A DNA stretch of 64,000 bases, taken from Candidatus Wolfebacteria bacterium. GTDB taxonomy: Bacteria > Patescibacteriota > Minisyncoccia > Phycocordibacterales > EsbW-18. The notes beneath the pieces were generated by a model, which had not been told where the DNA came from, did no database searches, and saw only the letters and a list, made by a program, of their open reading frames with translations. The stretch lies in assembly GCA_022616195.1 (NCBI GenBank), contig JAKEFG010000015.1, positions 9,354 to 73,353 on the forward strand, read 5' to 3'. Below, in pieces: positions 9,637-18,794 of this stretch. A program made the translations under genes and the position numbers. How positions within the stretch are numbered: the stretch's first letter is position 1; every line of letters starts with the position of its first letter.

Positions 9637-10028
9637 CCCAGCACTAGATTAAGTTCTTAAATGTAAACAGTAAGGAGAAAAAGCATGACAAATGAGCAGT
9701 ACCTAAAGGCAATCGGTGAAATGAAAAAAATAATACCGGCAGAAATTTTACCGGAGAGGATTGACACAAGCCGTAAATTCTCTGAAACTTCTGTAGAACA
9801 GAAGTTAAAACATTCTCTATATTTGTTAGAGAATGTCCCGACTTTTCTCGAGGTAGGAAAACGAGAAAAATCATCAAGACATTTAGCTTTTGCTCAGGCA
9901 ATCCTTTGGTCTTTGGACATGTTGGCAATCGACCAATTAATGGATTTCAACAGAAGATGATCATAATCGGGTGGTGATGATTATTTTTCACGCTCCCCGA
10001 ATTTTTAAGAATTTAATCTAGTGCTGGG
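9637..10028 (+). other. IVS-like insertion in a variable 23S helix (approx. E. coli helix 63 region), closed by a ~25-bp stem with one G-U; ~340 nt inserted
   Basis: cccagcactagattaagttcttaaa ... tttaagaatttaatctagtgctggg are reverse complements; flanking sequence continues into GACTGTTTACCAAAAACACAG (E. coli ~1770-1785). Confidence 0.65.
9685..9960 (+). CDS. 91-aa protein encoded inside the 23S IVS-like insertion (hypothetical, all-helical)
   Basis: ATG preceded by TAAGGAG 7 nt upstream; terminator-like hairpin plus T-run after the stop (~9955-9990). Confidence 0.55.
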   Translation: MTNEQYLKAIGEMKKIIPAEILPERIDTSRKFSETSVEQKLKHSLYLLENVPTFLEVGKREKSSRHLAFAQAILWSLDMLAIDQLMDFNRR

Positions 10029-10185
10029 CGCAGCGAAAGTATCCCTGGCGACTGTTTACCAAAAACACAGCTCCCTGCGAACTCGTAAGAGGATGTATAG
10101 GGGGTGACGCCTGACCAATGCCAGAAGGTCAAACGCGGAGGGTACATGTGACTTCGGTTATATGTGCTGGACTGCGTAAGCCCTG

Positions 10186-10224
<39 letters not shown>

Positions 10225-10883
10225 CAATTCCTTGTCTGGTAAGTTCAGACGTGCACGAATGGCGTAACGACTGGGGAACTGTCTCGAGGATTCGCCCGGT
10301 GAAAATGCAATGGGGGTGAAGATGCCCTCTACCTGCAGTTAGACGAAAAGACCCCAGGAGCTTTACTGTAACTTGATAGTGGGGGTACGTAGTATATGCG
10401 TAGCATAGGTGGGAGACGTTGAAGCGAAGGTCTCGGCTTTCGTAGAGTCGCCAGTGAAATACCACTCTTATATAGCGTGCTTTCTAACCTCGACGGCAAA
10501 AACGGCGGGGGACAGTATCTGGTAGGCAGTTTTAGTGGGGCGCTATCCTCCTAAAAAGTAACGGAGGAGCCTATTACGGTCAGCTAGGCGCGAATGGAAA
10601 CCGTGCCGATAGTGTAATGGCAGAAGCTGGCCTGACTGCAAGGGGTACATCCCGAGCAGGCGCGAAAGCGGAGCATAGTGAACCGAGAGTTCCCTTTAGA
10701 CGGGGCTCGAGATTAACGGATAAAAGTTACCCTGGGGATAACAGGCTGGTCCTGCCTAAGAGTCCATATCGACGGCAGGGTTCGGCACCTCGATGTCGGC
10801 TCACCGTATCCTGGCGCTGGAGAAGGTGCCAAGGGTTTGGCTGTTCGCCAATTAAAACGGTACGCGAGCTGGGTTCAGACCGT

Positions 10884-11360
10884 TCTGGGCATGAATCATA
10901 AGATATGAATCATGAATAGAGCAGTCTGAATCCGCTCATAACGACACAATCGTTTTTTCGTCTATGAAATAAGTCCCGATTTTGATGTATCAAAATCGAG
11001 GATCCCGACCAGAGCGTCGGGAATAGAATCAACCTAATCACGGCGGTCATGTGTAGTAATACGCATGTATCAAGCTGACCCCGATTTTGATGTATCAAAT
11101 CGAGGATCCCGACCAGAGCGTCGGGACTAATATCGGTGAATTTCTAGCTTCTAGGTAAGAAGAAGGAGGACACCGAGGGAATGGTTCGACTTTGCTCACC
11201 ACGAGCAAATAGAATTCGGCCCGTAGAGACTGAACGTCAGCGTTCCTTACTCATGTTTTGTGTTATACGCGACATGTGTTGGGAATATGCTACAGTCCGA
11301 TCCCGCCGGTAACGGCGGTGTGGCTAGACGCTAGGAGCTAGCGGCTAGTTGCTACAGTTG
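10884..11360 (+). mobile_element. ORF-less group-I-like intron inserted exactly after U2593 (E. coli numbering) of 23S
   Basis: exon reads GGGUUCAGACCGU | CGUGAGACAGG, matching E. coli G2581-U2593 | C2594-G2603; 5' exon ends in U and insert ends in G, as for group I introns; longest ORF <65 aa. Confidence 0.6.
10975..11126 (+). repeat. two direct copies (10975-11022 and 11080-11126) of a 48-bp element, each made of two hairpins (cgattttgat-gta-atcaaaatcg and tcccgac-cagagc-gtcggga), separated by 57 nt, inside the L2593 intron
   Basis: copies identical except one A in the A-run. Confidence 0.85.
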
Positions 11361-11423
11361 CGTGAGACAGGTTGGTCTCCTATCTACTGCAGGCGTTGAT
11401 TCTTGAGGGGAGCTGCTCCTAGT

Positions 11424-12251
11424 AAGTAATTGCTACTCTTCGGAGAGATCCGAAGTGACAATGTGGCTTATAACGGTGAAGCCTTCATATGATTACTGTC
11501 CGAGGATTGTGAATAGCTATTGGTCCAGCTATGGTATAATTCGCTTGCGGACCGTAATCCGCTGCAAGGTAATACCGTGGGAAGTCGATCTCAAACACAC
11601 ACAGCGTATATAGCGGGTTTTCTTGATGGTGACGGCAGTTTGATGCTGCAGATCAAAAAACGATCTGATACAAAACGAGGTATTCGTTTTATGGCAACAA
11701 TCTGTCTGTATCAAGATACTCGCCATGAGAGGCCGCTGTGCTGGATGCGTGAAGTTTTAGGCATTGGATATCTATCTCGACGCCGTGACGGCATTACAGA
11801 GTTACGTATCAATGGCTTTAGTCAGTGCAAAACAATTCTTGAACAACTAGTACCGTATATACGGTTTAAGAAGGTTCAAGTGAGTGCATTGCTCGAGGCA
11901 TGTACGGTACTGTGTACGACGCCGTTTTCAAAGCTCACGAAACAACAGCAGAAGTATTTGGTTGACCGTATTGTGATCATTCAACATGAAAACTATACAA
12001 CCAAGTCAAAAAAGCGTAGGGAAGAGCTGTATGCATGTTTGGATTTGACCCCGTAACGACTTGTTCATGTAGTTGCCACTACATGGCGGACTTGCTGATG
12101 TATTGAATCAGGAATGTATTCCTGACAATCTCAGTGGGTAACATGCCGCCACCCTCGTCCTCCATCTCATGGGGAACGGGTGAAGATATAGTCTATGCTC
12201 CTGGAAACAGGGGAGTAATCTTGTTTTTCAAAAGTGAAACAAGAGATACAT
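11424..12251 (+). mobile_element. 828-nt intron in the sarcin-ricin loop of 23S (after U2656), carrying a LAGLIDADG homing-endonuclease gene
   Basis: flanking exons join to GCUGCUCCUAGU|ACGAGAGGACCGGAGUGGAC, identical to the E. coli SRL sequence; 5' exon ends U and insert ends G. Confidence 0.75.
11520..12056 (+). CDS. single-motif LAGLIDADG homing endonuclease, I-CreI-like
   Basis: YIAGFLDGDGS motif; ~170 aa; GIGYLSRRRDG and LEQLVPYIRFKKVQVSALLEAC segments parallel I-CreI GVGYVRDRGS / FLTQLQPFLKLKQKQANLVLKII; ORF-track start is TTG 11520; in-frame GTG 11577 lies after a perfect TGgTATAAT (11531-11539). Confidence 0.85.
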   Translation: MVQLWYNSLADRNPLQGNTVGSRSQTHTAYIAGFLDGDGSLMLQIKKRSDTKRGIRFMATICLYQDTRHERPLCWMREVLGIGYLSRRRDGITELRINGFSQCKTILEQLVPYIRFKKVQVSALLEACTVLCTTPFSKLTKQQQKYLVDRIVIIQHENYTTKSKKRREELYACLDLTP

Positions 12252-12545
12252 GACGAGAGGACCGGAGTGGACTGACCGCTGGTGTACGAGCTGTCCTGCC
12301 AAGGGCATCGCTCGGTAGCTATGTCGGGACGGGATAACTTCTGAAAGCATCTAAGAAGGAAGCCCACCCCAAGATTAGGAATCATTAAGACCCGTGAGAG
12401 ATGATCACGTTGATAGGCACCAGGTGGAAGCACAGTAATGTGTTGAGCCGAGGTGTACTAATTCGTCGAGTATCTCCTATTAGGGAATCTGAAAATCGCT
12501 TAGTTCCTGCTTTTCTATCGTGTAGGCGACTGACTTTAAGTGTTG

Positions 12546-12656
12546 TGTGTTGGTGGTTCGACGCTGTGGAGACACCCGTTCTCATTCCGAACACGGCAGT
12601 TAAGCACAGTAGTGGCGATGGTACTCGCAAGGGGAGAGTAGCTAGCCGCCAACACA
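12546..12656 (+). rRNA. rrf: 5S ribosomal RNA
   Basis: CCGUUCUCAUUCCGAACACGG..GUAGUGGCGAUGGUACUCGCAAGGGGAGAGUAGCUAGCCGCC; ends pair as helix I. Confidence 0.85.
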
Positions 12657-12675
12657 CAGCACTTAACTTCTAAAA

Positions 12676-12703
12676 CCACCCGTGTGCGCACGGGCGTGTT
12701 TTG
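12676..12703 (+). terminator. hairpin cacccgtg-tgcg-cacgggcgtg followed by TTTTG, immediately after 5S
   Basis: GC-rich near-palindrome plus T-run. Confidence 0.55.
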
Positions 12704-12719
12704 CTACAATATAAGCACT

Positions 12720-13484
12720 ATGTCATGGGCAGGACGTCGCCGCGCACTTTACGTGAGTATCATAAGTGTCGTTGTCTTTGCGTTTTTCATCTGGGTTGGC
12801 TTTCGTATCTTCTATACTCCCCCGACGTGTTTTGATGGCAAGCGGAACGGTGTCGAGGAGGGGATTGATTGTGGCGGTGAGTGCGAACGTGTTTGTAGCT
12901 TTCAGGCGACACCGCCAATCGTATTGTGGAGTAGATTCTTCCAAATTGCACCTGGTGTCTACAACATTGTAGCACTTATTGAAAATCCAAATGTTGGCGT
13001 GGAGGCAAGAGACGTACCCTATGTATTCAAACTATATGATGCAAACGGGTTGTTGGTATACGAGCGTAAGGGGCAAATAACAATCCCCGCAGAGCACTCT
13101 TTTGTTGTTTTTGAAAGTGATATCATAGTTGGAGAGCGTATACCACAAAACAGCTTCTTTGAATTTACTGAGGTGCCGGACTGGCAGCGGCGTGAGAGGG
13201 AAGCCCCGACACTCCGTACAGGTGAACTGGTTTTAAGTAATGTATCAACCGCGCCGCGTCTTACCGCGATGCTCGAAAACACGATGTTTGCTGACGTAGA
13301 AAATATTGCTGTAGTTGCCGTGGTGTTTGACGAGAACGGGAATGCTCTTGCAACATCGCGCACAATTGTGGACCGCCTTGGAGGTGGCGAGCGGACAGCG
13401 CTTATCTTTACGTGGCAAACACCCTTTCCTGTGCCAGCTGCCAAGACAGTTCTCTATCCGGAGGTTCGGGAGAACGAGCGATGA
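12720..13484 (+). CDS. hypothetical N-terminally membrane-anchored protein (extracytoplasmic domain with a CGGECERVC cysteine cluster)
   Basis: ATG 12720 sits 9 nt after TGcTACAAT extended -10; the ORF-track GTG 12684 overlaps the 5S terminator. Confidence 0.7.
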   Translation: MSWAGRRRALYVSIISVVVFAFFIWVGFRIFYTPPTCFDGKRNGVEEGIDCGGECERVCSFQATPPIVLWSRFFQIAPGVYNIVALIENPNVGVEARDVPYVFKLYDANGLLVYERKGQITIPAEHSFVVFESDIIVGERIPQNSFFEFTEVPDWQRREREAPTLRTGELVLSNVSTAPRLTAMLENTMFADVENIAVVAVVFDENGNALATSRTIVDRLGGGERTALIFTWQTPFPVPAAKTVLYPEVRENER

Positions 13485-13579
13485 TAGCCCGACTTCACGG
13501 ACACATTGACCCCGTTAGAAATGTCACGTTAGTCCGGGTAAACACTGACGGAGTGCTCTTGTTTTATTGTAATTGATAT

Positions 13580-14713
13580 ATGAATTCTGCGTTTTCTCGC
13601 ATTTTTAACGGGGTTGATTGGGTTCTTTTTATTGCCACGCTGCCGCTCTGCGCTGCGGGTCTTGTTACAATACATTCGTTTGTCGGGACGGATACGTTTT
13701 TTACCCGTCAAGTGCTCTGGGTTCTTCTTGCTTTTGTGCTCTTCTTTGTGGCGAGTAGCATTGACTGGCGATTTCTCCGCAGGACAAATGTTGTTGTTGC
13801 ACTCTTTGTTGCGAGCATTGTTGCACTTCTTCTGCTTTTTTTGCTTGGCACGCGGACGTTGGGTGCAACATCTCGGTTTGATCTCGGACTTTTTTTCATT
13901 CAGCCGTCGGACCCGATAAAACTCGTACTTATCCTTGTGCTCGCAAAATATTTCTCACGCCGGCACGTTGAGATTGCTCACTATCGACATATTATTGTTT
14001 CCGGTTTCTATACGCTCATTCTCTTTCTGCTGTTATTCCTCCAGCCTGATTTTGGTTCGGCTGTCATTGTCTTCTTGGTGTGGTTTGGTATGGTGCTTGT
14101 CTCGGGTATTTCCAAGAAACACATTCTTCTCGTGTTTGTTACCGGTGCGTTCGTGTTTGGTGGGCTATGGGGCTTTGTGTTTCAGGATTACCAAAAAGAT
14201 CGCATTCGGACATTTCTCAATCCGCTCACGGATCTGCAGGGTGCTGGCTATAATGCTTTTCAGTCGACCATTGCCGTAGGTTCAGGACAGTTTCTCGGTA
14301 AGGGGGTCGGCTATGGCACGCAGTCGCGGCTTGAGTTTCTCCCAGAGTATGAGACGGACTTTATCTTTGCCGCATTCTCCGAGGAGTGGGGGTTTGTAGG
14401 CGTGGTCATTCTCTTTATGCTCTATGGGCTGGTGGTCTGGCGCATTGTCCGTGAGGCGGAGCATGGAGAAAGCAACTTTGAAACACTATTTGCACTCGGG
14501 CTCGCAATCCTTTTCGTGAGTCACTTTATAGTGCATGTTGGCATGAACATCGGACTACTCCCGGTGACCGGCATCACCATGCCCTTTATGAGTTACGGCG
14601 GCAGTCACCTGGCCATGGAGTTTGTAGGACTTGGCATCTTGATGGGCATGCGTGGGTATCGGCGTATCACGCAACCGCACAAACTGCGAGGCGAGTTTGT
14701 GGGTCCGCAGTAG
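13580..14713 (+). CDS. SEDS-family peptidoglycan polymerase (RodA/FtsW)
   Basis: 10-TM protein with GLLPVTGITMPFMSYGGSHL signature. Confidence 0.9.
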   Translation: MNSAFSRIFNGVDWVLFIATLPLCAAGLVTIHSFVGTDTFFTRQVLWVLLAFVLFFVASSIDWRFLRRTNVVVALFVASIVALLLLFLLGTRTLGATSRFDLGLFFIQPSDPIKLVLILVLAKYFSRRHVEIAHYRHIIVSGFYTLILFLLLFLQPDFGSAVIVFLVWFGMVLVSGISKKHILLVFVTGAFVFGGLWGFVFQDYQKDRIRTFLNPLTDLQGAGYNAFQSTIAVGSGQFLGKGVGYGTQSRLEFLPEYETDFIFAAFSEEWGFVGVVILFMLYGLVVWRIVREAEHGESNFETLFALGLAILFVSHFIVHVGMNIGLLPVTGITMPFMSYGGSHLAMEFVGLGILMGMRGYRRITQPHKLRGEFVGPQ

Positions 14714-14719
14714 CTCTAA

Positions 14720-15292
14720 CTATTCAGATACATCAACACCCTGGTCTGTGCGTGCCCGTATGACTTTACCGTGCTCTTCCATGATGACCTTTTTGATGTA
14801 GAGAGGGTCGGCGGCATCGCGAATGATGAAATCCTTTGCCTCACCGGCGGTGTGGATGTGTATGTCGCCGTATTTGAGGAATGTCGCGAGGACGCCGCTT
14901 ACCTCCACGGTTACATCCTGTATCTGCTCCAGGCGGAAGACAGAAATCTGTCGATTGAATGCTCCTCGCTGTTCCACGTCAAAAATGCGCTCGGTGGTGA
15001 GCACCCAGACATCTAGGTAGTAGTCGGTCCACTGAAAAAAGAAAACGACAAATAGAACAAGAAACCAGAGAAGGTAGAGAAATGTAAAAAACGCCCCACC
15101 GCCTGCCTGCGCAGACAGGCCGGTTTCAAGGAAACGCCCGTTGAGGAATTGCACAATCGGCGCCGTGAAGACAAGCGGGAGAAATATGAGAAACACCACT
15201 CCGGTAATGCGCGTATAAAAGACGAACATGTGCCGTCGCACCTCCGCGACGATATGTTCGTTTTCTCCGAGGTCTACGAGGTAGTCAGCCAT
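14720..15292 (-). CDS. membrane protein with bacterial PH domain (YdbS/YdbT-like, DUF304)
   Basis: two TM helices followed by a beta-rich ~90-aa module typical of bPH_2. Confidence 0.7.
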   Translation of the reverse strand: MADYLVDLGENEHIVAEVRRHMFVFYTRITGVVFLIFLPLVFTAPIVQFLNGRFLETGLSAQAGGGAFFTFLYLLWFLVLFVVFFFQWTDYYLDVWVLTTERIFDVEQRGAFNRQISVFRLEQIQDVTVEVSGVLATFLKYGDIHIHTAGEAKDFIIRDAADPLYIKKVIMEEHGKVIRARTDQGVDVSE

Positions 15293-15323
15293 GGTGGAGC
15301 TATTAGCAATTAGGTGCTAGGCA

Positions 15324-15542
15324 CTAGCTTATAGAGATAATAAGGAGGGCTTCGGTGATGAAGATGACAAGAGACACGCCGAAGTAAATAACCATAACGC
15401 GCCTGATGGCATGGCTCCCTTTCGTATAGGTGTGCCAGTGGTAGGAGAGTATCCAACTCACCACGAGCCACGCGCCAAAAACGATTGCGAGCACAATCCA
15501 AAGTGCGGTGGGAGATATGGCATATCCAATGAGCGTTTCCAT
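15324..15542 (-). CDS. small two-TM membrane protein (hypothetical)
   Basis: 72 aa, two hydrophobic helices, co-directional with neighbours; weak evidence. Confidence 0.4.
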   Translation of the reverse strand: METLIGYAISPTALWIVLAIVFGAWLVVSWILSYHWHTYTKGSHAIRRVMVIYFGVSLVIFITEALLIISIS

Positions 15543-15550
15543 GGGAAGTA

Positions 15551-17605
15551 TTATACCAACAGGTAGTCCAATGTCTTCCGGTCAACATTTGCCCCGGCCA
15601 CTCTAAACTTCACACGGTCCCCGAGCGTATAGGTTTTTTTGGTTTTCTCGCCCCTGATGCGGTAGTGCTTCTGGTCAAAGGCGTAGAAGTCGTTGGCAAG
15701 GTCGCGCATGCGGACGAGCCCTTCCGCGCCGCTTGTAAGCTCCTCCACGTAGATGCCCCACTCGGTAACGCCGGTGATAATACCCTCAAATATGTCACCG
15801 ACCCGTGCTGCCATGTACTCAACCTGTTTGTACTTAATGGACTCGCGCTCCGCTTTCTGCACCTCAATCTCTTTCTCCGAAAGCTCCTCTGCGACACTTT
15901 CGTAGTAAGCGAGCTCTGACGCCGGCACTTCTGCGCCGTGTAAGTGTTGCAACAGGAGGCGGTGTACGAGAAGATCCGGGTAGCGCCTGATGGGCGAGGT
16001 AAAATGCGTGTAGTGAGGGAACCCCAAACCGAAATGCCCGATGTTTTTTGTGGCGTAGGCGGCTTTTGCCATTGCACGGATGGCAGCTGTCTTGATGAGA
16101 TGTTCAATCGGCGTTCCCTCAATCTGTGCAAAGAGCGCGTTGATGTCTTTTGAGGAGATGTTCTTTTTTCGCTCGCCCCCGCCTGCCTTATGCGGCGAGC
16201 GGGCAGGGAAGCTGAAGCCGAGCCCGCGCACCAGGGCGGCAATTTCCGCAAGCTTTTCCTGGTCGGGGAGGTCATGGACGCGATAAATGAACCCTTTGTT
16301 GAGATTTTGCTTGCTGTGCGTGCGGTAGATGGTTTCAGCGACCTCCCGATTGGCAAGAAGCATCCACTCTTCAATGAGTTTGTGAGTGGCGAGCCGTTCC
16401 TTGCGGTAGATGCGAACAGGAGTTCCCTTCGCGTCAATCTCTACTTCTACCTCGTCCTGTTCAAAGTCAATCGCTCCTTTGGCGAAGCGACGTGTACGAA
16501 TATTCTCGGCAAGCGTGTTGAACACGGCGAGTTCACGTGCGAATTCACCACGCTGAGCATCAAGCACTTTTTGTGCCTCCTCGTAAGCAAAACGCCTGTC
16601 CGAGTTGATGATACCCTTACCGAACCAGCGCTCCTTGACGACACCCTCCTTGTCTATCAGGAATGTTGCCGAGAAGGTGAAACGCGGGACGCCAGGATTC
16701 AAACTGCACAGGTCGTTTGAGAGTTCTTCGGGGAGCATGGGTATTGTACGGTCGACAAGGTAGACCGAGAACCCCCGTTTTTCCGCCTCTTCATCAAGCG
16801 CGCTCCTGGTTTTCACATAGTGCGACACGTCGGCAATATGCACTCCCACCTCCCATAAGGTTTCGTTTCGTGCTCCGGATTTTGTGCTTCGGATTTCGCG
16901 AAGCGACAAGGCGTCATCAAAATCCTTCGCGTCATCCGGGTCTATAGTGCAGGTGGGGATTCCCCGAAAATCTCTTCGTTTGCCGGCACGGGTTTCGATA
17001 AATACTGGTTCGTTCGTTGGCGATAGCGAGGGGGGAAGGTCGGCAAGCTCATCCTTGCCTGCTTTCGCGATGCGCCCCGCTTCCGAGTCAACGGAGGATG
17101 GGAAACGAGTGTCTATATTGTAGGCAATGACGATGGAGGCAATTTCCACTTCGTGTTCCCCCTTTGCGCCGAGAATCTGCACAACCTTGCCGACGGGGGA
17201 CTTGGCCGGATCTTCCCAACGGACGAGCTCCACAACGATCTTTTGATTCGGTGAAAGACCGTCGGGGTTTTCGATCAGAATATCGGTATACATCTTGCTG
17301 TCGTCCGGGATGAGATACCAGATGTTCTTTTCCTGTTCTGCAATGCCGACGAAACGGGTCTTTGCGCGCCGTACAACACGGATCACTTCGCCGCGCGGCT
17401 CTCCGTCGCGGTGGCGGGGAAGCAGTGCCGCTTCCACCGTGTCGCCGTTGAGTGCTGTGTTCAAATGCTCTTGCTCCACGCGGACGTCTTCTTCAAAGTC
17501 GGGGTGTTGTATGAAACCAAGACCGCCGCGGGTGGTCGTAATCACTCCTTCAAAACGAAGTATTTTTTTTCTCTGTTTCTGTTTGGGACGTCTCCTTTGT
17601 GCCAT
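15551..17605 (-). CDS. rnr: ribonuclease R (RNB-family 3'-5' exoribonuclease with S1 domain)
   Basis: RNB catalytic region (IDPDDAKDFDDALS), C-terminal S1; start taken at MAQRRRPKQ (ATG 17605); the longer ORF-track start overlaps rpsP. Confidence 0.92.
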   Translation of the reverse strand: MAQRRRPKQKQRKKILRFEGVITTTRGGLGFIQHPDFEEDVRVEQEHLNTALNGDTVEAALLPRHRDGEPRGEVIRVVRRAKTRFVGIAEQEKNIWYLIPDDSKMYTDILIENPDGLSPNQKIVVELVRWEDPAKSPVGKVVQILGAKGEHEVEIASIVIAYNIDTRFPSSVDSEAGRIAKAGKDELADLPPSLSPTNEPVFIETRAGKRRDFRGIPTCTIDPDDAKDFDDALSLREIRSTKSGARNETLWEVGVHIADVSHYVKTRSALDEEAEKRGFSVYLVDRTIPMLPEELSNDLCSLNPGVPRFTFSATFLIDKEGVVKERWFGKGIINSDRRFAYEEAQKVLDAQRGEFARELAVFNTLAENIRTRRFAKGAIDFEQDEVEVEIDAKGTPVRIYRKERLATHKLIEEWMLLANREVAETIYRTHSKQNLNKGFIYRVHDLPDQEKLAEIAALVRGLGFSFPARSPHKAGGGERKKNISSKDINALFAQIEGTPIEHLIKTAAIRAMAKAAYATKNIGHFGLGFPHYTHFTSPIRRYPDLLVHRLLLQHLHGAEVPASELAYYESVAEELSEKEIEVQKAERESIKYKQVEYMAARVGDIFEGIITGVTEWGIYVEELTSGAEGLVRMRDLANDFYAFDQKHYRIRGEKTKKTYTLGDRVKFRVAGANVDRKTLDYLLV

Positions 17606-17627
17606 AACTCGGATTGTAGCAGACAGA

Positions 17628-17656
17628 TTGACGCAGGACACCTCTCCTGCTATTAT
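17628..17656 (+). promoter_or_regulatory. TTGACG-17nt-TATTAT promoter; -10 ends 10 nt before the rpsP ATG
   Basis: consensus-like hexamers in the 61-nt divergent rnr/rpsP intergenic region. Confidence 0.5.
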
Positions 17657-17666
17657 TACGCTTCGT

Positions 17667-18164
17667 ATGCTTAAGATACGTCTCAAACGAGTCGGACGGC
17701 GCAATGACCCGTCGTTTCGCATTGTGGTAACCGAAAGCGCCCGTGGCCCCAAGAGCGGGAATGTGGTTGAGCAGGTGGGGTTCTACAATCCCAAGACCAA
17801 GGAGCGCAGTGTTGACGGTGCGCGTGTTTCGTATTGGATGGAACGCGGGGCACAACCGTCGGACACGCTCTACAACATGTTGGTGGACGAGAAAGTTATT
17901 GGTGGCAAGAAGAAAAATGTTCTGCCGCGGAAGAGTCCTGTAGTCAAAGAGCAACCGACATCCGGTGACTCACAGCGCACGACAGAAGTAGCATCGGAAG
18001 GCCAGATGACAGAGACGGCAGGTGCAGGGGGGAGTAAAGGGGAAGAGACAAAACCTGCTAAGCCTGTCCCCACATCCGAAGAAGTTTCTGTGGAGAAAGT
18101 GGAGGCCTCTCCGAGCGAGGCCCCGCAAGAAGAAGTAAAGGAAACACTAGAATCTGAGGAGTAA
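17667..18164 (+). CDS. rpsP: 30S ribosomal protein S16 with low-complexity acidic C-terminal tail
   Basis: MLKIRLKRVGRRNDPSFRIVVTESARGPKSGNVVEQVGFYNP. Confidence 0.9.
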   Translation: MLKIRLKRVGRRNDPSFRIVVTESARGPKSGNVVEQVGFYNPKTKERSVDGARVSYWMERGAQPSDTLYNMLVDEKVIGGKKKNVLPRKSPVVKEQPTSGDSQRTTEVASEGQMTETAGAGGSKGEETKPAKPVPTSEEVSVEKVEASPSEAPQEEVKETLESEE

Positions 18165-18391
18165 GATTGTTGGTCGTAGCTCGTTGTGTTACTATGAAGC
18201 GGTACTGTACAGGTCGTACGGTAGTTAATTAGAAAGGTAGTATTTACCCGCCCACTAACTTTGCTGTTGCGTTTTGTTGCGACGTCGGCAGGAGGTGCGA
18301 GTGTTGGAGTGTAGCGCACGTTTACATTTGTGGTAGGGGGTCGGCAAACACACAGGCAATGACAGTAAAGTTAGTGGGCGGGCAGGCAACC

Positions 18392-18703
18392 ATGGCAAAG
18401 GAATTGGATCAGGACTTTCTGGAGTATGTTATCAAAGCGCTCGTTGACCACCCGGAGGCAGTTAAGGTAGGTCGAACGGTTGACGAAATGGGAGTTCTCC
18501 TCACACTCGATGTACATAAAGAGGACATGGGGAAGGTTATTGGTCGCCAAGGCAACACCGCCAAAGCGATTCGCACCCTCTTGCGGGTCGTGGGTATGAA
18601 GAACAACGCCCGAGTAAACTTGAAGGTGAACGAGCCGGAAGGGGGCACGATGAGTTCTGCCTCGGTAAGCGTTGATGATGCAATGAATGAGCTCAAAGCG
18701 TGA
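18392..18703 (+). CDS. KH-domain RNA-binding protein (KhpA/YlqC-like)
   Basis: GKVIGRQGNTAKAIRTLL (GxxG KH motif); conserved position between rpsP and trmD. Confidence 0.75.
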   Translation: MAKELDQDFLEYVIKALVDHPEAVKVGRTVDEMGVLLTLDVHKEDMGKVIGRQGNTAKAIRTLLRVVGMKNNARVNLKVNEPEGGTMSSASVSVDDAMNELKA

Positions 18704-18740
18704 AACAGTTTTTAGGCCTTAGGCTCTAGCAAACAACACA

Positions 18741-18768
18741 AAAATCCCGCATTGCGGGATTTTTGTGT
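18741..18768. terminator. bidirectional intrinsic terminator aaaatcccgc-att-gcgggatttt
   Basis: 10-bp stem flanked by A4 and T5 tracts. Confidence 0.6.
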
Positions 18769-18794
18769 GACTTTTACAATGACGGTACAATCAT

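Noticed and set aside
10975-11126. Possible CRISPR array (repeated ~48-nt units)
   Set aside because: Only two copies with one 57-nt intervening segment, located inside an rRNA intron, and no cas genes. Better explained as a duplicated hairpin module.
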